64,000 bases of DNA from a virus. Positions 49,147 through 56,389 of this stretch are shown piece after piece. The notes below the pieces were generated by a model that was not told the DNA's origin, did not search any database, and was given only the letters and a program-made list of their open reading frames with translations. Within the stretch, counting starts at the first letter, position 1. Each line of letters begins with the position of its first letter. The stretch lies in IMG/VR virus record IMGVR_UViG_3300025015_000001, one strand, 5' to 3'. The translations under genes were made by a program, and so were the position numbers.

Positions 49147-49539
49147 CTACTTTTGCCATAGCATATCTATGGTGTTAATAACTTTTTTTAAATCTATTAT
49201 AGCCTCTTTTGGTATGTTATATAATATAGATTTATCAGTATAACACACACTATCATATTTATCTTTTACCATTAAAGCGGGAGCACCGCACATATTACTA
49301 AAAGATATTCGTATATTATTATAGTTTTTATAAGGTATTCCTGTTTTAGATAATGTATAATTTTTAGATACTAGGTACTCTACTATCTTGTATTCCTCTA
49401 CTAAGCCTTCATCATTACATATCCTCTCTATCTCCTCTCTACCTCTAATACATTCTTTGCAGAGAAATGCTTTTTCTCTTGCAAATTTTGGCGGTTCTTC
49501 TTTGGTTTCGCATTTTGTGCAGGTATATAGTTTTGTCAT
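49147..49539 (-). CDS. hypothetical zinc-finger protein
   Basis: CTKC...CKEC. Confidence 0.6.
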   Translation of the reverse strand: MTKLYTCTKCETKEEPPKFAREKAFLCKECIRGREEIERICNDEGLVEEYKIVEYLVSKNYTLSKTGIPYKNYNNIRISFSNMCGAPALMVKDKYDSVCYTDKSILYNIPKEAIIDLKKVINTIDMLWQK

Positions 49540-49913
49540 TTTATGTAATTCCTTAATTATCTGATTAGTGGATTAACATCGTTTTAATAGTCTCTGTGGC
49601 TAGCCATGATGTACAAACCATTCTCGTGCTTTCTGATTCATTTTCATCTCATCCCAAAACCGTGACTACTCTGCTGGGTTCCTACTGCTGAAGAGGAGAT
49701 ATTTCTTCAAATTGCTGTGTAGCACTAATAGGTGCTTTACAGCCGCAAAAGGGACAAAATTAACTGGGTTTCCTAAGTATCCTTCTTTTCCCTGTACCCA
49801 AAATGTCCCGTTAGATTCTTCAGTACAACTATCAAGTTGCTGTTGATAGTTGTTTACTTCGTAAAATTTAGTATAATCACAACTATGCCTTGTCATACAA
49901 AAATGTAACCTCC

Positions 49914-49973
49914 TTATAACAGGCGGATGCAATAGATTCCACTTTGCTACACTATTGATCCTTGGCGTTGGGC
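49914..49973 (+). other. attC-like site
   Basis: TTATAAC-AGGCG-GATGCAA...TTGATC-CTTGGC-GTTGGGC. Confidence 0.82.
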
Positions 49974-49974
49974 G

Positions 49975-50229
49975 TTAGTAGTCATAGAAGCCTTCGATCT
50001 CTTTCCCGTCCGCATAAATGCCACCTTCGTGTGGCTGTAAACTACTCACAGTTTCCTCACCATCTGCGCTTAACTCATGCCGGTAAATGTCATCGCTGTT
50101 ACCACCATAACCGCATGTCAGCCGCTTTCCATCTGGAAGGTCTGCCTCATAAGTGAAAGTGTATTTGTAGTAGCTCGAAAACTTTACTTTCACGCTCCCA
50201 TATTTATGGTAAAATTCTTGCCTTGTCAT
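49975..50229 (-). CDS. cassette ORF, conserved phage protein
   Basis: YGSVKVKFSSYYKYTFTY; 84 aa. Confidence 0.75.
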   Translation of the reverse strand: MTRQEFYHKYGSVKVKFSSYYKYTFTYEADLPDGKRLTCGYGGNSDDIYRHELSADGEETVSSLQPHEGGIYADGKEIEGFYDY

Positions 50230-50254
50230 AACTCACCTCTTCGATTAAAGTTCA

Positions 50255-50317
50255 GCCCAATCCATCGTTCAACCCGGACTCCGCAAAAGCGCGGAGCCGG
50301 TTAACTCTACGTTATAT
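50255..50317 (+). other. attC-like site, 42 bp identical to attC 23588
   Basis: GCCCAAT-CCATC-GTTCAAC...GTTAAC-TCTAC-GTTATAT. Confidence 0.85.
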
Positions 50318-50319
50318 TT

Positions 50320-50888
50320 TTAAACCTGCGCTAAAAGCAGACCCCATTGGTCTGCCATTCCAGCGGCTATCCCTTGGAATGTTTTACTGCGTTCTTTCCA
50401 CCTATCAGGACTTGGCGGCATCCTGTGAATCCGACTTTCTCTCCCGTCCACGATATTCGTCGGTTTTAATGGCGGCAAACCTTTCAGCCAAAGACACGTT
50501 GCCTTTGTCTCCCCGTGCCCGAATTGCCACGGCTGTATCAATTGGTCAGGCTTCCGCCACAGTGATGACATAATACATACTGGGTTTTCTATTGCAATCT
50601 TTGGAATATCAGCCGTTGCCAGCATCATAAAAAAGCTGATTGCACTTTGCTGCCGTCCATCCAGTTTCTTGGCGGTAAAATGTTTTGCCCCCGATACAGA
50701 TAAATGGGTACATGGCGGGTGCGCTATCATTATATCCCAACATCCATGTATTACGTCTCTGATATCCCCTGATAATGCGCGCCAGGGGAATCAGTCGGCA
50801 AAATATCACAGGACATTGCGTCATGCCCCCTTTCAATAAACGCATCCCGAACTATTCCGCTGAATTCACACGCGACTAAAACTCTCAA
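50320..50888 (-). CDS. C5-DNA-methyltransferase-like phage protein (1-nt frameshift at about 50765)
   Basis: RVLVACEFSG, SCDILP, then AHPPCTHL, IENPV, QPWQFGH, RSKTF in next frame. Confidence 0.75.
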
Positions 50889-51026
50889 TCGTAATCTCCT
50901 GGCGGTGGCCCGTCTCCCGATGTCCCCCCGCCAAGGGCTGCAATACATATAAGCAAAAAAATAATCCCAAATATCATCAGTTCCAATTCTAACCCCCTAT
51001 GGCTTCCAGCCAGCGCAGATTTAAAA

Positions 51027-51086
51027 ATATAACCAGTCGCTCAAGAGGGATGCGATAAGGCCGCACCCCTTAGCTTGGCGTTAGGT
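51027..51086 (+). other. attC-like site
   Basis: ATATAAC-CAGTC-GCTCAAG...CTTAGC-TTGGC-GTTAGGT. Confidence 0.92.
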
Positions 51087-51242
51087 GCGAACCCACACCA
51101 CTTCAGTTCCTAGCCAAAAAATACTGGTACATTTGCCCCAAACAACAATCTTTGGAAAAATCCGGTACTTTGGGTATCCACCCGCAAATAACAATTTGCC
51201 TCCAATTAAAGTTTTTCCGCGAGTCCACTTGTTAATGTTCAT
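51081..51242 (-). CDS. cassette ORF, 53 aa
   Basis: manually translated MNINKWTRGKTLIGG...EVVWVRT; stop overlaps R'. Confidence 0.6.
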   Translation of the reverse strand: MNINKWTRGKTLIGGKLLFAGGYPKYRIFPKIVVWGKCTSIFWLGTEVVWVRT

Positions 51243-51250
51243 GCAATCGC

Positions 51251-51335
51251 ACCTAACTGTGTGTTCGAGGCGGACGCGGAATTACGCCGCGCCTAGTTTT
51301 ACTTCTTGGCCGCGCCGCTCAACACGGCGTTCTCC
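51251..51335 (+). other. attC-like site (85 bp)
   Basis: ACCTAAC-TGTGT-GTTCGAG-GCGG-A-CGCGG...CCGCG-CCG-CTCAAC-ACGGC-GTTCTCC. Confidence 0.85.
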
Positions 51336-51598
51336 CGGTGCTTCGCGCCGTGAGAATGCGGAGCTAAGCCGAACCCGCCACCCATCAGCTCGTCATGCGC
51401 CCCGTGAAACTTGGCTACGCATTCTGGCAGTCGTTGCAGCCATCCATCAACATCATCCAGTGGCACATCTCCGAATAGACGACATACCCCCTCAGTTCCA
51501 AACCTGCGGGCGAACACAAACGGACACATCGAGCCGGGGTAAGACGGCGGTTCGCTGCATGTCGTTTCGCCTGTGTGAAAAATCAAAACCTGCTTCAT
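51299..51598 (-). CDS. cassette ORF, Cys-containing hypothetical
   Basis: GGAGG RBS; reads into the attC (ENAVLSGAAKK). Confidence 0.65.
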   Translation of the reverse strand: MKQVLIFHTGETTCSEPPSYPGSMCPFVFARRFGTEGVCRLFGDVPLDDVDGWLQRLPECVAKFHGAHDELMGGGFGLAPHSHGAKHRENAVLSGAAKK

Positions 51599-51622
51599 TG
51601 TTTCCTCCGTAGTTGTTGCAGA

Positions 51623-51678
51623 TCCTAACCGTCAATCAACGCGGACGGCTTCCATCTGCCGTTATTTCGGCGTTAATA
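51623..51678 (+). other. attC-like site
   Basis: TCCTAAC-CGTC-AATCAAC...GTTATT-TCGGC-GTTAATA. Confidence 0.8.
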
Positions 51679-51680
51679 TC

Positions 51681-51860
51681 CTACTTTTGTTTTTTTGGAT
51701 AAGCAATATTTAGCGTCCATGATATTGTAGTATTCTTTCCACAATGCCTACATGCCCATTCAACTGAATACCCTTGAGGGACATCAAACTGGAAATTAAG
51801 AGGGGTAATATTTCTTTTTTCACAATGAATACATTTCCAATTAAACTTTGTTTTATCCAT
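51681..51860 (-). CDS. cassette ORF, 59-aa zinc ribbon
   Basis: manually translated MDKTKFNWKCIHC...WACRHCGK. Confidence 0.65.
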   Translation of the reverse strand: MDKTKFNWKCIHCEKRNITPLNFQFDVPQGYSVEWACRHCGKNTTISWTLNIAYPKKQK

Positions 51861-51876
51861 ATACGTATCTCATCTC

Positions 51877-51925
51877 ACCCAACCAGCCGTTCAAGCCGAT
51901 GAACGACTTAACTCATTCGTTATAT
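51877..51925 (+). other. attC-like site (short)
   Basis: ACCCAAC-CAGCC-GTTCAAG...CTTAAC-TCATTC-GTTATAT. Confidence 0.82.
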
Positions 51926-52330
51926 TTTGAAAATCACTATTGCACTCGGAAAAGGCGCACTGTTGGCTTGCCCTCCGAATTTCAGCCGTCCTCTAATAAA
52001 TCTTATTTCACCCTTTACCGCGTAATCGTGCCACCATGCCGTGTCCGTTCTCGCCGGAACAAGACAAACCACCGTTGCACCGGCGCGTGAGCTTTCGTAT
52101 GCCTTACGCATCCAGCGGGCTATTTCCCGGCCATACGGCTGGTTCATCCAGCAGATCCCGCGCCACTCTTGCTTTAAGCCGTCTTGTTCCGGCGAGAAGA
52201 AGCGCGGACACTTTGCGTTTTCCGGTATCGCGCATACGTCAAGAGCAAAACCAAATTCCTCGTGCAATTTGTCGAACGTGGCCTGTGGTGTGCTCCATAA
52301 ATCTGTCTCTGACGAAAAATGTACGTTCAT
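51920..52330 (-). CDS. phage DNA N6-adenine methyltransferase (cassette)
   Basis: WSTPQ, FALDVCA, CWMNQPYG (NPPY-like), LVPARTDTAWWH, IRGRLKF; stop overlaps R'. Confidence 0.9.
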   Translation of the reverse strand: MNVHFSSETDLWSTPQATFDKLHEEFGFALDVCAIPENAKCPRFFSPEQDGLKQEWRGICWMNQPYGREIARWMRKAYESSRAGATVVCLVPARTDTAWWHDYAVKGEIRFIRGRLKFGGQANSAPFPSAIVIFKI

Positions 52331-52342
52331 AAAAACCTCAAA

Positions 52343-52401
52343 ATATAACCAGTCATTCGAGCCGACTCCGCTTCGCTGCGCGGCTCAATTCTTTGTTATG
52401 T
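52343..52401 (+). other. attC-like site (59 bp, very canonical)
   Basis: ATATAAC-CAGTC-ATTCGAG-CCG-A-CTCCGCTTCGCTGCG-CGG-CTCAAT-TCTTT-GTTATGT. Confidence 0.95.
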
Positions 52402-52980
52402 GCTCTTTTTGTCCGTTGTTTCATACTCCGCTGCGGATTCCTTGTAGTAGGCATCCATCTGCTTCATTGTCACTTTCTTCCAGTCTTGGAACGTCCGAGG
52501 GTTCCGGTAGTCGCTGAACTGGAAGCGGTTACGGACATCCAATGTCACGGAACCGTCATCGTGAAAAACGGGCTGGCATCCCAGGACAATGTAAGCGTCA
52601 TTCTTGCGGCAGACCTTGTGCCAGCGGTCGTTAAACTCGAACTGCTTGTCATCCCATTTCCACTGTGGGCGATTTGCTACCCGTTCGCGGTCATAGAAGT
52701 TGAGCCCGACATTTTCCCACCAGCAAAGTTCCCCATCCTCGATACTTTCCAGCAGGTACTTCGGCCATCCATTGTTCTGGTCATATTCCCGGAACCAAGA
52801 CAGATACCACTTTGACGGCGGTGCAGAGGTCAGCGAAACGAGGTCGCCGACTTGTGGCTTATCGTTACCAAAATCCGACCGCCAATCCTTATTGTTGATC
52901 GTCGGAAACGACATCAACTCACTCAGTATCATCAATCTCGCTCTATTTTTTGCCACGTAATCCCCCTTGAATCCGCACAT
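52396..52980 (-). CDS. cassette ORF, Trp-rich hypothetical
   Basis: 194 aa filling the space between two attC sites; stop overlaps R'. Confidence 0.8.
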   Translation of the reverse strand: MCGFKGDYVAKNRARLMILSELMSFPTINNKDWRSDFGNDKPQVGDLVSLTSAPPSKWYLSWFREYDQNNGWPKYLLESIEDGELCWWENVGLNFYDRERVANRPQWKWDDKQFEFNDRWHKVCRKNDAYIVLGCQPVFHDDGSVTLDVRNRFQFSDYRNPRTFQDWKKVTMKQMDAYYKESAAEYETTDKKST

Positions 52981-53037
52981 AACAAGCCGCAGCAGACAGA
53001 CTGCGCTCCGCTTGCTGCTGTGCTAAATACGTTAGGA
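52977..53037 (+). other. attC-like site
   Basis: ACATAAC-AAGCC-GCAGCAG...CTGTGC-TAAATAC-GTTAGGA. Confidence 0.8.
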
Positions 53038-53283
53038 TTTCACTTTGAGAATATCGGCCATTTCTTCGTCGGATAATTTATCATGCACTTTAATATGCTC
53101 CGCTCCGTGGACGATGAGCTGTTCGAGGTCGTAGGTGATAAAACCAAAAGACACCCACCCAAGACAAACGCGGTACAAGAATCCTGCCGCAATTTCGATC
53201 CTGAAACCGCCGTATGTTTTCCCGATACAAAAATATCCGCTGAATCCGCGTGGTATATTCAAAGCTCCTCCAATCCTAACCAT
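53032..53283 (-). CDS. cassette ORF, hypothetical
   Basis: stop overlaps R' of attC 52977. Confidence 0.65.
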   Translation of the reverse strand: MVRIGGALNIPRGFSGYFCIGKTYGGFRIEIAAGFLYRVCLGWVSFGFITYDLEQLIVHGAEHIKVHDKLSDEEMADILKVKS

Positions 53284-53331
53284 AAAATCGACGGCGACGC
53301 GCTTCGCTTGCGCGTCATTTTGGTGTTAATC
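53274..53331 (+). other. attC-like site
   Basis: TCCTAAC-CATAA-AATCGAC...GTCATT-TTGGT-GTTAATC. Confidence 0.82.
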
Positions 53332-53590
53332 TATGCAATGCTTTTCTAACTCTCTGATCTGTGATAATAAGTCTGTCACTATCATTTTCTCAGTAGCAAG
53401 CTCTTCTTTGAGATGCTTATTCTCATTTTCGAGATATCGTAACTTGCAAAAAGGACAAATACCATCATGCAATACAGTCTTATCACAATCACAAGTCTCA
53501 AGACTAACGCCAGCATCCAGCGGACTCACTATCTCCCGGCCTGTGCTTTTCTCGTATGTCTTGCCGTCTTTAAACTCTATATTGTCCATA
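53326..53590 (-). CDS. cassette ORF starting inside an attC-like palindrome
   Basis: AGGAG RBS + MDNIEFKDG; CDC..CPFC; coiled-coil end; stop overlaps R'. Confidence 0.65.
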
Positions 53591-53619
53591 TATCTCCTGC
53601 CGCTGGATGCTGGCGTTAG
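53504..53619. other. symmetric attC-like site with 20-bp perfect arms
   Basis: CTAACGCCAGCATCCAGCGG ... CCGCTGGATGCTGGCGTTAG, 76-nt loop. Confidence 0.7.
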
Positions 53620-53800
53620 GCTCCAACAACTCAACCCCGACCACGTTGGCATGTGAATATGCCCCGTAGGCATCGCGCAGGTACTTTTCTACTTCTGGAA
53701 TATCCAGATCAAATGTTTTGTGCTTTGTTTCCACGCTAACGCTACCACCAACATTTGCAGCCATACTTGCATCATCTACTCGAACTATTATGCGAATCAT
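53570..53800 (-). CDS. cassette ORF, homolog of 25094-25279
   Basis: DLDIPEVEKYL and VVGVELLEPNA. Confidence 0.7.
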   Translation of the reverse strand: MIRIIVRVDDASMAANVGGSVSVETKHKTFDLDIPEVEKYLRDAYGAYSHANVVGVELLEPNASIQRQEIYGQYRV

Positions 53801-53823
53801 TGCATCCTCTCCATTTCTTTTGC

Positions 53824-53882
53824 GCCTAACTGGCGCTTCAACCGGACGCCCGAACTGCCTTGTTATAATCTAGGCGTTACAT
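53824..53882 (+). other. attC-like site, right border of array 3
   Basis: GCCTAAC-TGGCG-CTTCAAC...GTTAT..AGGC-GTTACAT; AT-rich backbone resumes immediately. Confidence 0.75.
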
Positions 53883-53911
53883 TGTATATCATTTATCTTA
53901 AAAAGTCAATA

Positions 53912-54568
53912 TTAACATTTTCTGTTTAATCTTGTATTTATAATGCTTAATTGATTACTATAAATATGCAGCCCATCCGAGGCGTAATATATTTTACCAT
54001 TTTCTAAATTTGCCTCGGAGGATACTAGTTGTTTTAATAATTCTAACCCCGCCAAATTTGTTGGAAAGCCTCCGTAAAGATCGTTTGATCTAAAGAATAT
54101 AGACATGTTTAATTTATTGTCTACTACTTTGAAAGTAAGCGTTCTGAGGCATGGTGGGTCAGTCTTAAATATATCACCAGAAGAAGCTATCTCAAGCGCA
54201 GCTTGATTCGTATATGGAGTAGCTTTTAACATCTCTATCAGTGTGTTTATATATGGTTTTATACGAGAACCATACGTGTAAATTTCATTTTCTTTTAACT
54301 CATCATTCATTAAATACATAGCAAAATAATCTTCTACATATGACATAGTAGTGGGGGCCAATGATTCCATTCCCTGCGGCATAATAGGAATCATATCTAT
54401 ACTTGGGTGCTCTATTTCTATTGCGACAAAAGGGTATTGTATTCTATAGTTTTCCTCACCAGAAAAAGACCCTCTTTGTATGATCTGTTTGTATCCATAC
54501 TCTTGTATGTTGTATAACAGTCCAAACCATGCATCCGAGATACTGTAATATTTATTTGAATAAATCAT
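53912..54568 (-). CDS. thyA: thymidylate synthase (short ThyA type)
   Basis: YTYGSRI, DPPCL, FRSNDL...TN, HIY. Confidence 0.85.
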   Translation of the reverse strand: MIYSNKYYSISDAWFGLLYNIQEYGYKQIIQRGSFSGEENYRIQYPFVAIEIEHPSIDMIPIMPQGMESLAPTTMSYVEDYFAMYLMNDELKENEIYTYGSRIKPYINTLIEMLKATPYTNQAALEIASSGDIFKTDPPCLRTLTFKVVDNKLNMSIFFRSNDLYGGFPTNLAGLELLKQLVSSEANLENGKIYYASDGLHIYSNQLSIINTRLNRKC

Positions 54569-55085
54569 TATGTACCCCCCATGTATCTATCTCATTATAT
54601 AAATTTATGATAGAGCTATTGTTATATATAACTGAATCAAATGAAAAGTTATCTAAGGCGGTCTCACTCACATCCCCTTGGCCGAAAAAAGATTTGCGAA
54701 AAATACTGTTTCGTTCTAGTCTAATGATTTTTCCTCCGTAAGCGGACACCGCCTTATATTCATTTGGAAATCTTATGTCAGAAATAACGTAGTTTTTATT
54801 AGGTAAAACTTTATCGATACATCTGTCTACCCAAAAATTAGCATATATTCCTCGGTAAAATTGACCAGTGATCTGTAATATTTCTCTTGGTGTTTTATTA
54901 TATCTTTTGTCTACCGCATTTTTTAATTCACCATACATCTGTTCTTTAGACAAATCAAAATCTATGGAACATTTTATCTTTAGTTCATCTGCAAATGCCA
55001 ATTTTATAAAATTGTACTTGTCTACTAAGTAACTAGCTAAACAATCCTTCCCAGAACCAGCTTTTCCTGAAACCCCGATTATCAT
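54552..55085 (-). CDS. deoxynucleoside monophosphate kinase
   Basis: GVSGKAGSGKD, AFADELK, TPREILQ, ISDIRFPNE. Confidence 0.9.
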   Translation of the reverse strand: MIIGVSGKAGSGKDCLASYLVDKYNFIKLAFADELKIKCSIDFDLSKEQMYGELKNAVDKRYNKTPREILQITGQFYRGIYANFWVDRCIDKVLPNKNYVISDIRFPNEYKAVSAYGGKIIRLERNSIFRKSFFGQGDVSETALDNFSFDSVIYNNSSIINLYNEIDTWGVHNDLFK

Positions 55086-55171
55086 AATTCAACTCTACCT
55101 TTTTTTCTTCTTGTTGTGCTATTAATATATTTATTTGTTATTTGTAATTGATCCTCAAAACTAGCTATATC

Positions 55172-55390
55172 TCAATCACAATTTTTGTAGCCGCAAATAC
55201 TACAATCAGTAATACAGTCTAACATTTTTACTATAAAATGTCTAGTACAATTTTTACTATTTACTTTTGCACACTTTAAGCACATATATGAGTGCTCCTC
55301 AACAGTATCTAATAATAAAATCGCATACTGACAGTCCTTACATAATTCATTCCCAGGGGAATTATTTATTATTTTGTGTTTGCTGCTCAA
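55172..55390 (-). CDS. small Cys-rich protein
   Basis: several CxxC. Confidence 0.45.
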   Translation of the reverse strand: MSSKHKIINNSPGNELCKDCQYAILLLDTVEEHSYMCLKCAKVNSKNCTRHFIVKMLDCITDCSICGYKNCD

Positions 55391-55610
55391 GCTTTATAAT
55401 TTCCTTATACAGTAATTTGTGACATAATTTTGATAGTCTTTCGTAGCATTCTTCTGTAGTCTCTACTTCCTTCTCCCCCAATGAGGAGATAGTCTTAGTC
55501 TTAATCTTGAATTGTGGATCGTCTTCTACTTCCACAGAAGGACGCACATTCTCAAAATTTCCTATATTAATAGTCTGACTCAGTCCCACTCTTATTTTCA
55601 CTACATTCAT
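55362..55610 (-). CDS. hypothetical protein
   Basis: TINIGNFENVR motif common in phages. Confidence 0.6.
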   Translation of the reverse strand: MNVVKIRVGLSQTINIGNFENVRPSVEVEDDPQFKIKTKTISSLGEKEVETTEECYERLSKLCHKLLYKEIIKLEQQTQNNK

Positions 55611-55896
55611 CTCCTTTATCTTTTAATGTATTTAAAATACAAATAGTATGCCGTAGTTTACCTACTCTAAAGTAACTAAATCCCCATGGTATTTCTTTTC
55701 CTGTTTTAGTCCAATTTTTACGAGCATCTCCTTTGCTCTTGAAAATATTTGTCATAACCAGGATGTCATACATATCTTTATCTGGGGTTATTTCAATTGT
55801 TATATCATCGTGTAAATTACCTTCGTGATCTCCAAAAAATAATTCTGCATCTCCTGACTGATTACTATCGTTTAATATTATAAAATTAAAATCCAT
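55567..55896 (-). CDS. hypothetical protein
   Basis: 109 aa; FKSKGDARKNW. Confidence 0.6.
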   Translation of the reverse strand: MDFNFIILNDSNQSGDAELFFGDHEGNLHDDITIEITPDKDMYDILVMTNIFKSKGDARKNWTKTGKEIPWGFSYFRVGKLRHTICILNTLKDKGDECSENKSGTESDY

Positions 55897-56035
55897 TGCT
55901 TTTACTTAGCACTCCATACATTTATTATAGATGCTATGAGATACTTAGGGTCAATCATATCCCAAGCACAAGATCCCATCCCTATCTCATATTCTATCTT
56001 AGCAATAAGTTCTTCTGTTATGTCTGTATCTCTAA

Positions 56036-56389
56036 TCATAGCTCAATTTTCTTTATATTATTTAATGCATTTGCTGGAGCTAATATTATCCCGGAACACT
56101 TTGCCATAATTCCTTCATAATTTTTGTATAATTGCATTGTATCAGTAATCTCTGATATTGCTCCAATATGAACGTGAATATCCGATGGCTTGTCTACCCC
56201 ATGAATAATTGGCTGTAACATAGCACCAACTTGCATTATTACTCCTTCTGGAGTAAGCGCATTTACATCTCTTATTTTAAAAGCATCATATAGGCTAAGC
56301 CCAAAATCACCATCATAATTTTTTATCTTACCAATATATGATGAACCACCTGTGTCCACCAAAACTAATGTATCATTTTGATATTTCAT
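56036..56389 (-). CDS. hypothetical protein (possible Sm-like fold)
   Basis: 117 aa with GGAG RBS, overlaps recA stop. Confidence 0.6.
   Translation of the reverse strand: MKYQNDTLVLVDTGGSSYIGKIKNYDGDFGLSLYDAFKIRDVNALTPEGVIMQVGAMLQPIIHGVDKPSDIHVHIGAISEITDTMQLYKNYEGIMAKCSGIILAPANALNNIKKIEL

Larger units (their letters stand above)
49600..53882. mobile_element. GC-rich attC-delimited cassette array 3
   Basis: ten canonical attC-like sites plus one symmetric site separating about 11 minus-strand ORFs; left boundary uncertain. Confidence 0.9.

Noticed and set aside
26880-50780. Frameshifts in Thg1 (A5 run, about 26890), CCA enzyme (G7 run, about 32570), ORF 49666 (T run, about 49765) and the C5-MTase-like gene (G4 run, about 50765) as programmed frameshifting or phase variation
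   Set aside because: All four are repaired by adding one base to a homopolymer, the typical long-read deletion error. They are treated as probable assembly artefacts until checked against short reads.
51352-51378. GAATGCGGAGCTAAGCCG as an oppositely oriented attC
   Set aside because: Resembles one arm of the reverse strand of attC 11095, but has no AAC core or partner arm; too short to call.
10883-53882. attC-like sites as simple intrinsic terminators or CRISPR repeats
   Set aside because: No U-tracts; sequences vary while AAC/GTT cores, spacer lengths and the extra L'' base are kept; spacing is gene-sized.
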